A DNA stretch of 45,829 nucleotides from Euryarchaeota archaeon UBA229 (GTDB taxonomy: Archaea; Thermoplasmatota; Poseidoniia; Poseidoniales; Poseidoniaceae): assembly GCA_002505355.1 (NCBI GenBank), contig DAUW01000076.1, forward strand, positions 50,551 through 96,379, in the 5' to 3' direction. The position numbers were made by a program, and so were the translations under genes. A model generated the notes under the pieces. It was not told where the DNA came from, made no database searches, and was given only the letters and a program-made list of their open reading frames with translations. Below are positions 1 through 8,367 of the stretch, in pieces. Position 1 is the stretch's first letter; each line of letters begins with the position of its first letter.

Positions 1-65
1 GGCTTGTTTGCACTGAATCTACCTAACCATCTGCAAAGATTTAGAGAAAAGCGAGCAGAATGACC

Positions 66-1322
66 CTAAGCATTCGATTTTTCGGCAACAACCATGGACA
101 AACGCTTCATCAATTGTTTGATGTTTTCCGTGTTGGCGACATATTGAACGGATAACTTAGTTGAGTTAAGGTACTCCAAGTTCGTATATTCCGTGTTGGT
201 TTTGTTCAATTTCTCTTCTACGACTGCAATATCATTTGTGCCAATGAATGAAATTAGGCATGAGTATAACTCAACATTTGAGATCTCTAACCTGCTAGAT
301 ACGACATTTTCTGTAATGGTCAGTTGTTGCTGGGAGACGACTATTTCAATCTTTGATTGGCTAGATTCTACAGACCAGCAGGTGATATTTTCCTTATCTA
401 AATCGATTAGGATTTGGCCGAGTAATTTGCTTTGGTTATCGATACCTGCGGTATCTACCGTGACCTTGGCGATACTTCTCATACAACCAATGGCTTTCAA
501 TTGGTTAGAATCGATAATACCTGGGCCAATAACGGTTGGCGCATTAACGCCTATCGGAGAGTGAAGATTTCTTACCTCGATGGGTATTCCATAATCTCTG
601 ATTGGTATTACGGTAGTATGATGTATGACTGGTGCATCTAATCTCGATAATTCTCTCGCTTCATCATATCCCAAGTAAGGGATAGGTTTGGTCTCAACCC
701 CCCACCTCGGGTTAATTGACAGTACGCCATCAACGTCTTTCCACAATATTAATTTTTTAGCATCTAGTATTTTTGCGATTGCTGCTGCGCTGTGATCGCT
801 GCCACCCCGGCTGAGAAGTGCCAGGTTACCGTCTCGGCCTTCACCAAACCAACCGGTGATAACCGGAATACCAAAAAAAGCTGCATGATCGAGCTTCTTT
901 ACTGATGTTTCAATATCGACATTTGACGCAGTGTCACTTCCGTTGAGACATATACCAACATCTTCTGACCCTACAGGGTGTGAATCCATGCCTCTTTTTC
1001 TTAATTCATTAGCAACAACTAGTGCTGACAAGCGCTCGCCAGCTGCGAGTAGTGTGTTTACATCGACATAACTTTCTGGGCTTTTTGATAAATTAAACAA
1101 CGATTTGTCAATGCCCGCTAAAACTTTGTTGAATTTGTCGGCAAAACTTGATTCATCAATCAACGGAGAGAAACGCAAATGTTGTTTTCTCAAGTCCGAC
1201 ACAAGTCTAGTTGCGTATCTTGGTTCATTTGCTGCACGCAGTAAACGGTCGGTCACACCCCACAGGGCAGATACGACAATTACCGTCTTGCCTTCTTGTT
1301 TTTCGATCATCTGAGCAATCAA
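66..1322 (-). CDS. ask: Aspartate kinase (aspartokinase); true N-terminus probably lies upstream, near 1376-1385
   Basis: Amino-acid-kinase core motifs (TVIVVSALWGVTDRLL; SRGGSDHSAAAIAKILDAKKLILWKDVDGVLSINPRW) and a C-terminal ACT-like regulatory half. The conserved N-terminal VVVHKFGGSCL motif is encoded in frame upstream of the TTG at 1322, but no in-frame ATG/GTG/TTG precedes it (see finding). Confidence 0.85.
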   Translation of the reverse strand: MIAQMIEKQEGKTVIVVSALWGVTDRLLRAANEPRYATRLVSDLRKQHLRFSPLIDESSFADKFNKVLAGIDKSLFNLSKSPESYVDVNTLLAAGERLSALVVANELRKRGMDSHPVGSEDVGICLNGSDTASNVDIETSVKKLDHAAFFGIPVITGWFGEGRDGNLALLSRGGSDHSAAAIAKILDAKKLILWKDVDGVLSINPRWGVETKPIPYLGYDEARELSRLDAPVIHHTTVIPIRDYGIPIEVRNLHSPIGVNAPTVIGPGIIDSNQLKAIGCMRSIAKVTVDTAGIDNQSKLLGQILIDLDKENITCWSVESSQSKIEIVVSQQQLTITENVVSSRLEISNVELYSCLISFIGTNDIAVVEEKLNKTNTEYTNLEYLNSTKLSVQYVANTENIKQLMKRLSMVVAEKSNA

Positions 1323-1377
1323 TTCGATATCCGAAGAATCTCGCAGGCAAGAGCCACCAAATTTGTGAACTACTACA

Positions 1378-2460
1378 TTATTCAGGGTAAAAACCTCCCC
1401 TTATTGCGAGGTCAGCGATCGAGAACTTGGCCATTGCTTCAACAACTGCGACCGCTCTTGGGGCAAGCACGGGGTCATGCCTACCCTTGACGATGAGCGG
1501 TTCTTGTCGGTTGGTCGCCATATTCAAGGTCACTTGTTCACGTGGAATACTTGATGGAGGTTTGAAGGCGATTTTACACAATAAATCAGAGCCAGTGGAC
1601 AAACCTGCTAGTGCTCCATCTGGTTTTTCACCTGTCAACACTGGGTTGTCTGTGTCTCCACCCCAGGGATTATTATGTTGACTACCCGTCATATTTATGG
1701 CTGTAAATCCCTCACCAAATTGTATGCCTCTTGCGGCAGGTATCGACATCATTGCTCTTGCAAGATATGGTTCAATGCCATCGAACCAAGGCTCGCCAAT
1801 ACCCATTGGCATTCCAGAAACCTGCAGTTCAACCTCACTGCCGATCGAATCTCGGTTCATTCGGTGAGCTTCAACAGACGCTATCATGTCGCTGGCAGAT
1901 TTAGGGTCTTGACATCTAATCTGTTGACATTCGTCATTAGCCCATTTAGGTGGACAATCAGTAATTGGGGTTGATTTTATCGCCCCTATTGCAGAAACGT
2001 GTGCGTTAACCTTGATATTCAATGCGTCTATAATTGGTGAAATAACCGCAGCTGCTGCAACAATTGGTGCAGTCAATCTTGCACTGGAGGTGCCACCACC
2101 GCGCAGGTCAGCCGCACCGTCGGTTTTTTTCATCATCACCATGTCTTGGTGACCTGGTCTCGGTTGGTTAGGTAAAAATGAGTAGTCTTTTGATCTAACA
2201 TCAGAATTTTTTATTGAGATTTCAATTCGTTCACCTGTTGTTATTGAATTTTTACACCCGGATAGGAATTCTACATTGTCCGGCTCGTTACGCTTACTGG
2301 CATACTTACCTCCTGGTTTGCGCTGGTCCATAGCAATTTGAATTGCTGCATCATCGATTTTTATGCCAGCAGGAACACCATCCAGGTAAGCACCTACTCT
2401 TGGTCCATGGCTGGTGCCAAACAAGGTAAGTCGCAACACCTCGCCAAGACTCATCTGCAT
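1378..2460 (-). CDS. aroC: Chorismate synthase
   Basis: LRLTLFGTSHGPRVGAYLDGVPAG (cf. FGESHG motif), LRGGGTSSARLTA and KGRHDPVLAPRAVAVVEAM (cf. GRHDPC motif). The ORF opens at TTG 2505; the ATGs at 2460/2454 give the canonical N-terminus (MQMSLGEVLRLTLFG). Confidence 0.9.
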   Translation of the reverse strand: MQMSLGEVLRLTLFGTSHGPRVGAYLDGVPAGIKIDDAAIQIAMDQRKPGGKYASKRNEPDNVEFLSGCKNSITTGERIEISIKNSDVRSKDYSFLPNQPRPGHQDMVMMKKTDGAADLRGGGTSSARLTAPIVAAAAVISPIIDALNIKVNAHVSAIGAIKSTPITDCPPKWANDECQQIRCQDPKSASDMIASVEAHRMNRDSIGSEVELQVSGMPMGIGEPWFDGIEPYLARAMMSIPAARGIQFGEGFTAINMTGSQHNNPWGGDTDNPVLTGEKPDGALAGLSTGSDLLCKIAFKPPSSIPREQVTLNMATNRQEPLIVKGRHDPVLAPRAVAVVEAMAKFSIADLAIRGGFYPE

Positions 2461-2506
2461 CGGTATCGCTATTGGCTGGAGGTATTGGTTCAAGAACCTG
2501 CGCAAA

Positions 2507-3406
2507 TTATTCCATTTCTAGTTCATCTGAATCGAGCGATAGGAATTTAGTTTCGATTATTTGCTCATCCGGCATTATTCTTTGCAGTGTTGACTTTATT
2601 CGCTCAACAGACGATGATACCAGACTTGGAATAATAATGACCACCGCAGGACCAGAACCAGTAACACCTGATGCTCTAGCACCATTTATAAACGCATCAT
2701 TGGCAATTTTCCTGCCCTGAATATCGTTGGTAACAGAACATACTGCCCTGCCATTGATGGTCAAACAGTTCAGCAACTCTCCTTGTTGTAAAGCGACTAA
2801 TGCTTTTTCAAACTCTTGAAACATTGGTCCAAAGTCTTCTAATTCTGGTCGAGCTTTCCTCGGCTCTCGTGTCGCAATAATGACAATCCAATCGTCTGGG
2901 TTTAGCCCTGCGCCCGACATTATCACACCATCAGCAACAGATTCCGCATTAGCATCAATTAACTTCCACCCCTTGGTTAAACAGGCCCATGAATCATCGA
3001 TTGAGCCAGTTATTGACACACCAGCATTAATTTGTGCTTGCGATGACAAATCGACTATTTGATTATCGTTTAATGCAGTTTGTGTAGCCTCGCAGAGAGC
3101 TTTTAATGCCGCTACAGAGATTGCTGCACTCGACTTCAAGCCGCGTTGTTTTGGTATTTTTGAGGCAACCGCCCAGTGTATGTCACCAGATTCTAGACCG
3201 TCTGGTAGGGGTAAATCATTGCTAACCCATGTTTCAACAACTGCAGTAAACAAATTATCAGGATCGTCTAGTCGTCGTTTGCTCGGTCTGTCAAGCGCTT
3301 TGACTATCACAGGTAAATCCAGAGCGATTGAAGCACCGTACCCTGTGCCTGCAGCATGTAGTAGGCTGCACGCGCCATGTGCCTGACCAGTACCTATCAC
3401 CGCCAT
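2507..3406 (-). CDS. aroK: Shikimate kinase, archaeal GHMP-kinase type
   Basis: GHMP motif GLKSSAAISVAALKALCEA. N-terminus AHGACSLLHAAGTGYGASIALDL resembles the archaeal (MJ1440-type) shikimate kinases. AAGGAGGT Shine-Dalgarno lies 6 nt upstream of ATG 3406, inside the 3' end of the preceding gene. The ORF track start at 3445 would overlap that gene by 38 nt. Confidence 0.8.
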   Translation of the reverse strand: MAVIGTGQAHGACSLLHAAGTGYGASIALDLPVIVKALDRPSKRRLDDPDNLFTAVVETWVSNDLPLPDGLESGDIHWAVASKIPKQRGLKSSAAISVAALKALCEATQTALNDNQIVDLSSQAQINAGVSITGSIDDSWACLTKGWKLIDANAESVADGVIMSGAGLNPDDWIVIIATREPRKARPELEDFGPMFQEFEKALVALQQGELLNCLTINGRAVCSVTNDIQGRKIANDAFINGARASGVTGSGPAVVIIIPSLVSSSVERIKSTLQRIMPDEQIIETKFLSLDSDELEME

Positions 3407-3407
3407 T

Positions 3408-4421
3408 CTATACCTCCTTTGACGTGGTTGAGACTCTGTTACCAATGTGTCTTGTATGACTAGAGTTGTGGCAAAGCAACGAATCTCCAGGTTTCAGTTC
3501 GGTCACAGATTTCACCTCCCCCAAGCCCGCCACAACGCGTACCGTCTCCGCCTGCTGGAGATATATAGAATTAGATATTTGATAGACATTTTCCCAGATT
3601 ATCTTCAGAAAAGGACGTCGTTCAATTTTAAGCCGGCCAATAGTAGCAGATCTGGTACCACCATTTTCAGATACCACCAAGACTTCATCCCCTGACGATA
3701 ATTCAGAGAGATATTTTGTTTTATAATCAGCCATCATTACATATGAATGAGGTGGCCCAGCGTTTACCCGAAACGGTCTTGAAGGCACGAAATCAGACTC
3801 AAAAACCTCACCGTGAATTAAAGCCAAAGATGAGGCACTAGATCCAATGAGCATACCTTCACCAGGTGATATTAAAGATGTCAAATCTATACAGTAACGC
3901 TCACCGGAACCACCCGACTCTATACTGATTATTTTTCCATTGGTTAAGCTAACAGATTCTAAGGAAACCATGTCATTATTTTCGTAACTACCGTTGCGTT
4001 CTAGTCGTTGTGATTTGGCAATTTCGCAAGCCGTTATTAGCGGCTTATTTGGTTCAATAATGATCGCATCAACGCCTTTTTCTAAGGCAAAAGCAACTCC
4101 GTTAATCTCATCAGCAGCATCTACGATGATTGCCAACTTTGTTCCGCTATTCTCACATTCTGCGATTAGGTTCTCAATCGGAATCATCTGCCAGTCCGAG
4201 AAATCCAGTAATAGCCATTCAACTAACCCAATTTTGGCGCGTGCTTGCTCATAAGTTGAACGGTCATGAACGGGAAAAAATGCGCCAATGATTTCCCCAT
4301 CCAGGGTTAACTTATCTGCATCGAGTATTATGCCATCGCCCTCATACTGTAATTTGTTATCGAATACTGTGTGGAGTGCAGATGGTAACGGATTTTTCCT
4401 CAAGTCACACCAAACCTGCAC
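3408..4421 (-). CDS. aroB': 3-dehydroquinate synthase II (archaeal type)
   Basis: 337 aa. Family-like segments WLLLDFSDWQMIPIENLIAE, KLAIIVDAADEINGVAFALEKGVDAIIIEP and FRVNAGPPHSYV. It sits between ADH synthase and shikimate kinase, as in archaeal shikimate clusters. Confidence 0.8.
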   Translation of the reverse strand: MQVWCDLRKNPLPSALHTVFDNKLQYEGDGIILDADKLTLDGEIIGAFFPVHDRSTYEQARAKIGLVEWLLLDFSDWQMIPIENLIAECENSGTKLAIIVDAADEINGVAFALEKGVDAIIIEPNKPLITACEIAKSQRLERNGSYENNDMVSLESVSLTNGKIISIESGGSGERYCIDLTSLISPGEGMLIGSSASSLALIHGEVFESDFVPSRPFRVNAGPPHSYVMMADYKTKYLSELSSGDEVLVVSENGGTRSATIGRLKIERRPFLKIIWENVYQISNSIYLQQAETVRVVAGLGEVKSVTELKPGDSLLCHNSSHTRHIGNRVSTTSKEV

Positions 4422-4430
4422 ACTATCACC

Positions 4431-5228
4431 TTACAAAGAACACTTTTCCATTGCCTCGTCTACAGTATGGTTACCATGAACTATCATTACCAATGCTTGG
4501 GTTATTGCCGTGGCATTTGGATGGGCGAAAATCTGTCTACCCATGCAAACACCAGCACCACCAGCTTCGATTGATTGTTTTACCATTGTCAGTATCTGCC
4601 GACTGTCGCCAGTTGCAGGACCGCCGGCTACTAACAGCGGAACTGGGGCTGCCCGGCAGACTTTTTCGAAACTGGCAATGTCTCCAGTCCAGACGGTTTT
4701 AATGGCATCACAACCCAGTTCGAAGCCGATTCTTGCAGCATGAGCGTATCCCTTGGTTGGGTCATCTTTCATGAGGTTTACATTTTCACCTCTAACATAA
4801 AGCATTCCAAGAACCGGGACTTGATTTAGAAATGCTTCTGAGGTGATATGGCCCATTCTTTGTAACATGTCTGCTTCTTTTTTGCTACCGATATTGACTT
4901 GGCAAGAGACTCCAACAGCGCCTCGCATAATTGCTTCGTCGACATCCCCTACCAGTACCTTGTTACTGTGATTTTTTCCGCCATGTCTGGTCGATGCTGA
5001 TAGGTGGGCAAGCATACTAGTCTTGGTACCTTCACAAAGGTGACTAAATTTATCGACAACTCCTTTGTGAGCAATAATGACGTCAGCTTCTCCGGCAATT
5101 AGCGCAAGAATTGTTGTCTCAATGTCTTCAAGCCCTTGGCATGGAAAGTCTGTTACACCATGGTCAATTGGTACCCAGACGCCTTTGCCAGCGGGGAGAA
5201 TCTTCGCCATAATATCCTGCTTTGCCAT
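4431..5228 (-). CDS. aroA': 2-amino-3,7-dideoxy-D-threo-hept-6-ulosonate (ADH) synthase, class I aldolase family
   Basis: 265 aa DhnA/FbaB-like aldolase (GVWVPIDHGV; DVIIAHKGV; GCDAIKTVWTGD with the putative Schiff-base Lys; PLLVAGGP; GGAGVCMGRQIF). Adjacent to dehydroquinate synthase II. Confidence 0.8.
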   Translation of the reverse strand: MAKQDIMAKILPAGKGVWVPIDHGVTDFPCQGLEDIETTILALIAGEADVIIAHKGVVDKFSHLCEGTKTSMLAHLSASTRHGGKNHSNKVLVGDVDEAIMRGAVGVSCQVNIGSKKEADMLQRMGHITSEAFLNQVPVLGMLYVRGENVNLMKDDPTKGYAHAARIGFELGCDAIKTVWTGDIASFEKVCRAAPVPLLVAGGPATGDSRQILTMVKQSIEAGGAGVCMGRQIFAHPNATAITQALVMIVHGNHTVDEAMEKCSL

Positions 5229-5345
5229 TGTTGTTGCTAAAATCTCTTATTGTTCAATACTTTGCATTTTCTTAGGAGTAAAAATTAGCAGTTTTAGTTG
5301 ATGTCTGACATGTTACTAACCGATGCTTCAAAAGACTAGTTCGCT

Positions 5346-7109
5346 ATGGGTATGTCAATGGAACCAGTTACCATGGTGGCAATGGGCGCTCTTAGTGGCG
5401 GCTTTTTATTTGGAATATGGTACACACTGGTGCGTAGTGATGCGAAATTAAACATGCGACCGGGGATGACTGCTGAGGGTCTGCGACAAGATACAGGAGC
5501 CCCCAGTTTTGGCAGAACTAAACAGGAAATCGACCGTAAACTAGCGATTGTTGAAGCCCGTAGAAGGCGAGCAGAATTAGTGGAATCACGTCTTGCCGCC
5601 CAAGAAGCAGAATTGAGAGCGGCAGAAAATGCTCGTCGGTTAGCGGAAGAGGCAGAGCGAGAGAGAATTCGCCGACAGGAAGCAACCATCCGTGCTGAAG
5701 AAGAAGCTCGATTACGTAGAGAAGCCGAAGAACAGCAAAGAAATGCTGAGGCTGAATCTGAAAGACTCCGACTCGAGGAAGAATCCCAGCTGGCACGACA
5801 ACGTGCAGAGGAAGAGGAACGTTTAGCAAAGGAGCGAGAAGAACTACGACAAGCTGAAATGGCTGCTGCGGAGGAACAACGATTGGCAGAGTTAGAAGCG
5901 GCTAGATTACAGGAAGAGATGGATTCTAGAGCCGCTGCAGAGGCTGCAATGTCCGAGTTACAAGCAAGGCTGCAAAGAGAGGGAGCAATGACCGGGGATG
6001 TCCAAATTTCACTTATGTGGGAGAACTTCAACGATCTAGACCTGCACGTAGTATGTCCCTCAGGGGAGAGAATACACGGTGGCAACAAAAAATCAGAATG
6101 CGGCGGAGAATTAGACGTCGACGCAAATGTCAGACCAGAAACAAAAAAACCGGTGGAAAATGTCGTGTGGCCGGGAGTTACCGCGCCTCCAGGGAATTAT
6201 CAAGTATACGTTCATCACTACAAGAAGCATAGAAAGCGTCGGACAAAAGACCCCACAACCTTCCAAATAATAGTCAATAATGTGGGGGATTATAGAGAAT
6301 ACCACGGGGATTTGACCCATGGAGACCCAATTAAGTTAGTTTGCCAGTTTGAAGTGCCAGATAGAGCAGAACAATCTGAGAATGCTAAGCATAGTTTGGA
6401 AGAGCAAATGCGTTTAGAGGCTGCAGAATCTGCCCGTCTTGAGGAAGAGCGAGAGGCGGAAGAGCGTCAGAGGCAAGCAGACCTTGCAGAAGCAGAACAG
6501 CAAAGAGTCGCAGAACTTGAGGCAGCAAAAAAGCAAGAAGAATTGGAGGCAAGACAGGCCGCAGAGACCGCAATGAAAGAACTTCAGGAAAGATTGGACC
6601 GTGAAGGTGCGAGGTCAGGTGATGTTCAAATATCGCTAATGTGGGATAATTACAATGACCTTGACTTGCACGTTGTTTGTCCATCTGGCGAGAGGATTCA
6701 CGGTGGTAACAAGACCTCTGAATGTGGCGGTGAGTTAGATGTCGATGCCAATGTACGACCAGAAACCAAAAAGCCGGTGGAGAATGTGGTTTGGGATGAC
6801 AATACCGCTCAGCCAGGAGAGTATCAAGTGTATGTCCATCATTACAAGAAACACAAGAAGCGCAGGACAAAAGATCCGACAAAATTCAAAGTGATTGTCA
6901 ATAATGTTGGAGAATTGCTTGAGTTTGATGGTCAGTTGTCCCACGGCGACCCGATCAAATTGGTTGCACAATTTGATGTCCCAACTTCTGAGGAGAGGCA
7001 ATCTAGAATCGATGCTATTAAGGCCGAAATGGACATATTGTCGTCGAGTAATGATGACGACGATGAGGCAGAGGTTGAAGTTCAGATTGAGGACGATAAT
7101 GGTGATTGA
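5346..7109 (+). CDS. Membrane-anchored coiled-coil protein with two tandem YfaP/DUF2135-like modules; function unknown
   Basis: One N-terminal hydrophobic helix ([22 protein letters not shown]). Two long E/R/A/Q-rich predicted coiled coils, each followed by a ~120-aa module: [56 protein letters not shown]...[18 protein letters not shown]...GDPIKLV-QF-VP. Acidic tail [19 protein letters not shown]. Confidence 0.7.
   Translation: [587 protein letters not shown]
5868..6359 (+). repeat. Intragenic duplication, copy 1 (coiled-coil end plus DUF2135-like module)
   Basis: Aligns codon for codon with 6492..6983 at an offset of exactly 624 nt (208 codons): [12 protein letters not shown]...[30 protein letters not shown]...LVCQFEVP. 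Confidence 0.9.
6492..6983 (+). repeat. Intragenic duplication, copy 2
   Basis: [12 protein letters not shown]...[30 protein letters not shown]...LVAQFDVP. The protein copies are very similar, while the DNA differs at many synonymous positions. Confidence 0.9.
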
Positions 7110-8222
7110 TCAGGATAAAATATCCGTTAATCTATCATCATTTTTGGCTTTCTTTATCGCCCTGGCGATTCGTCTTCCAGTAGACATTCTTTCTTCATTT
7201 ATATCACTGTAAGGCGAACCGCCGATAAATGGGTTTGAGCCTGCAACAATTCGCGCACTTATTTCGAATACCTTGAACTCTAGTTTGTCGGTAACGATAG
7301 TCTCCAAACAAAACGGTCCAATCATACCTCTGCTCTCTTCTTCTAGGACAAACGATTCCGCAACGGTTCCTTCGGCCATTTCAAATGCTCTTGGTAGTAA
7401 TGATTCGCGAATTACAACAGGCTGGTTTCCAGTCACAACAAAAGAGGGTTCAAGACTCATTTCCCGCAGGTCTCTAAGCGATCCTAGCTTGTAGAACTCG
7501 TCAACATTAGATTCGTCTCTGCGATCCATCGACAATAACTCAAGACGCCCTAAATTCTTACCAGCATACTTACCTTTGCCTTGGACTTGGTAACCATCCT
7601 CAGCAATAGGGTCAAAGAAGAAATGAAGATAATACCTGCATCCTAGCACATATTCTTGAATTGTGAATTCCTCTTCTATGTCGACATTTCTTCGAAAATC
7701 TCGATAATCTCGAGCTATAAAGTAACCTCTTCCCCCCTTCGCTCCAGCGTATTTGACAATTACAGGTCCATCGATGTCATGTGGGTCTTCCAGCACCTTG
7801 GGCATTTCACATCCGCCTGCCTCCAACCAGTCTCTTTGCCTTTGACGACTGCTTTCCCAGTGTAAGATGCCGCGATTGCCAAATGTTGGAACTTGTAAAT
7901 TCTTAAAATTAGTAGAACCAAGATACTCAACCAATGAACCATGAGGGATAATTATTACATTGCGCTCCCTAAACCACTCAGCGTAGTCAAGCATTTCTCG
8001 ATAATCTTCCAAGATTAACCATTCATCTGGATCAGCACCAGGGAATGCTTGGTAGATTTTCCGACGATTTTCTCCTACTGCGATGCCTAAGGTTCTGAAG
8101 CCTTCTTGCTTTGCACCGTGAAGGATTTGTAGTGATGAGTGCGATGCAACAACTCCTACTGTGAGTTTATCCTTGTCATAGTCGGCGAGCCAGGATGTCA
8201 GTGTATCTCTGTCCACGCCCAT
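7110..8222 (-). CDS. purP: 5-formaminoimidazole-4-carboxamide ribonucleotide (FAICAR) synthetase, ATP-grasp, archaeal PurP
   Basis: LTVGVVASHSSLQILHGAKQEGFRTLGI, IIIPHGSLVEYLG and later ATP-grasp segments are typical of PurP. Its stop codon directly abuts the stop of the convergent upstream gene (7109/7110). Confidence 0.85.
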   Translation of the reverse strand: MGVDRDTLTSWLADYDKDKLTVGVVASHSSLQILHGAKQEGFRTLGIAVGENRRKIYQAFPGADPDEWLILEDYREMLDYAEWFRERNVIIIPHGSLVEYLGSTNFKNLQVPTFGNRGILHWESSRQRQRDWLEAGGCEMPKVLEDPHDIDGPVIVKYAGAKGGRGYFIARDYRDFRRNVDIEEEFTIQEYVLGCRYYLHFFFDPIAEDGYQVQGKGKYAGKNLGRLELLSMDRRDESNVDEFYKLGSLRDLREMSLEPSFVVTGNQPVVIRESLLPRAFEMAEGTVAESFVLEEESRGMIGPFCLETIVTDKLEFKVFEISARIVAGSNPFIGGSPYSDINEERMSTGRRIARAIKKAKNDDRLTDILS

Positions 8223-8367
8223 ATTGAGTGGTTTAGTGTTCCCTCTATGAGCATTATGGACATATAACTCAATATGAAACTGAAATTAGGGTTAATTCTC
8301 CCTCTTGGTCGACATTTCAACAGTAAACCCAGTGAAAGTTCAAGTCTTGAGTTAACATCCCCACTAC

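Noticed and set aside
5336-6088. 250-aa minus-strand ORF rich in S/A/R/C, antisense to the coiled-coil region of the 5346..7109 gene
   Set aside because: Low-complexity shadow ORF. The sense strand is GAA/GAG/GCA/CGN-rich, so the antisense frame stays open by composition. It has no start context or recognisable motif, and the sense-strand protein has clear domain structure.
6385-6882. 165-aa minus-strand ORF inside the second repeat of the same gene
   Set aside because: Antisense shadow ORF with no recognisable motif. It is fully nested in a better-supported CDS.
7104-7115. Zero-spacer convergent stops (TGA 7107-7109 / TCA 7110-7112), with similar cases at 9460-9466 and 32633-32641
   Set aside because: This reflects general genome streamlining in the window rather than a specific element. 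I see no hairpin or T-tract terminator there.
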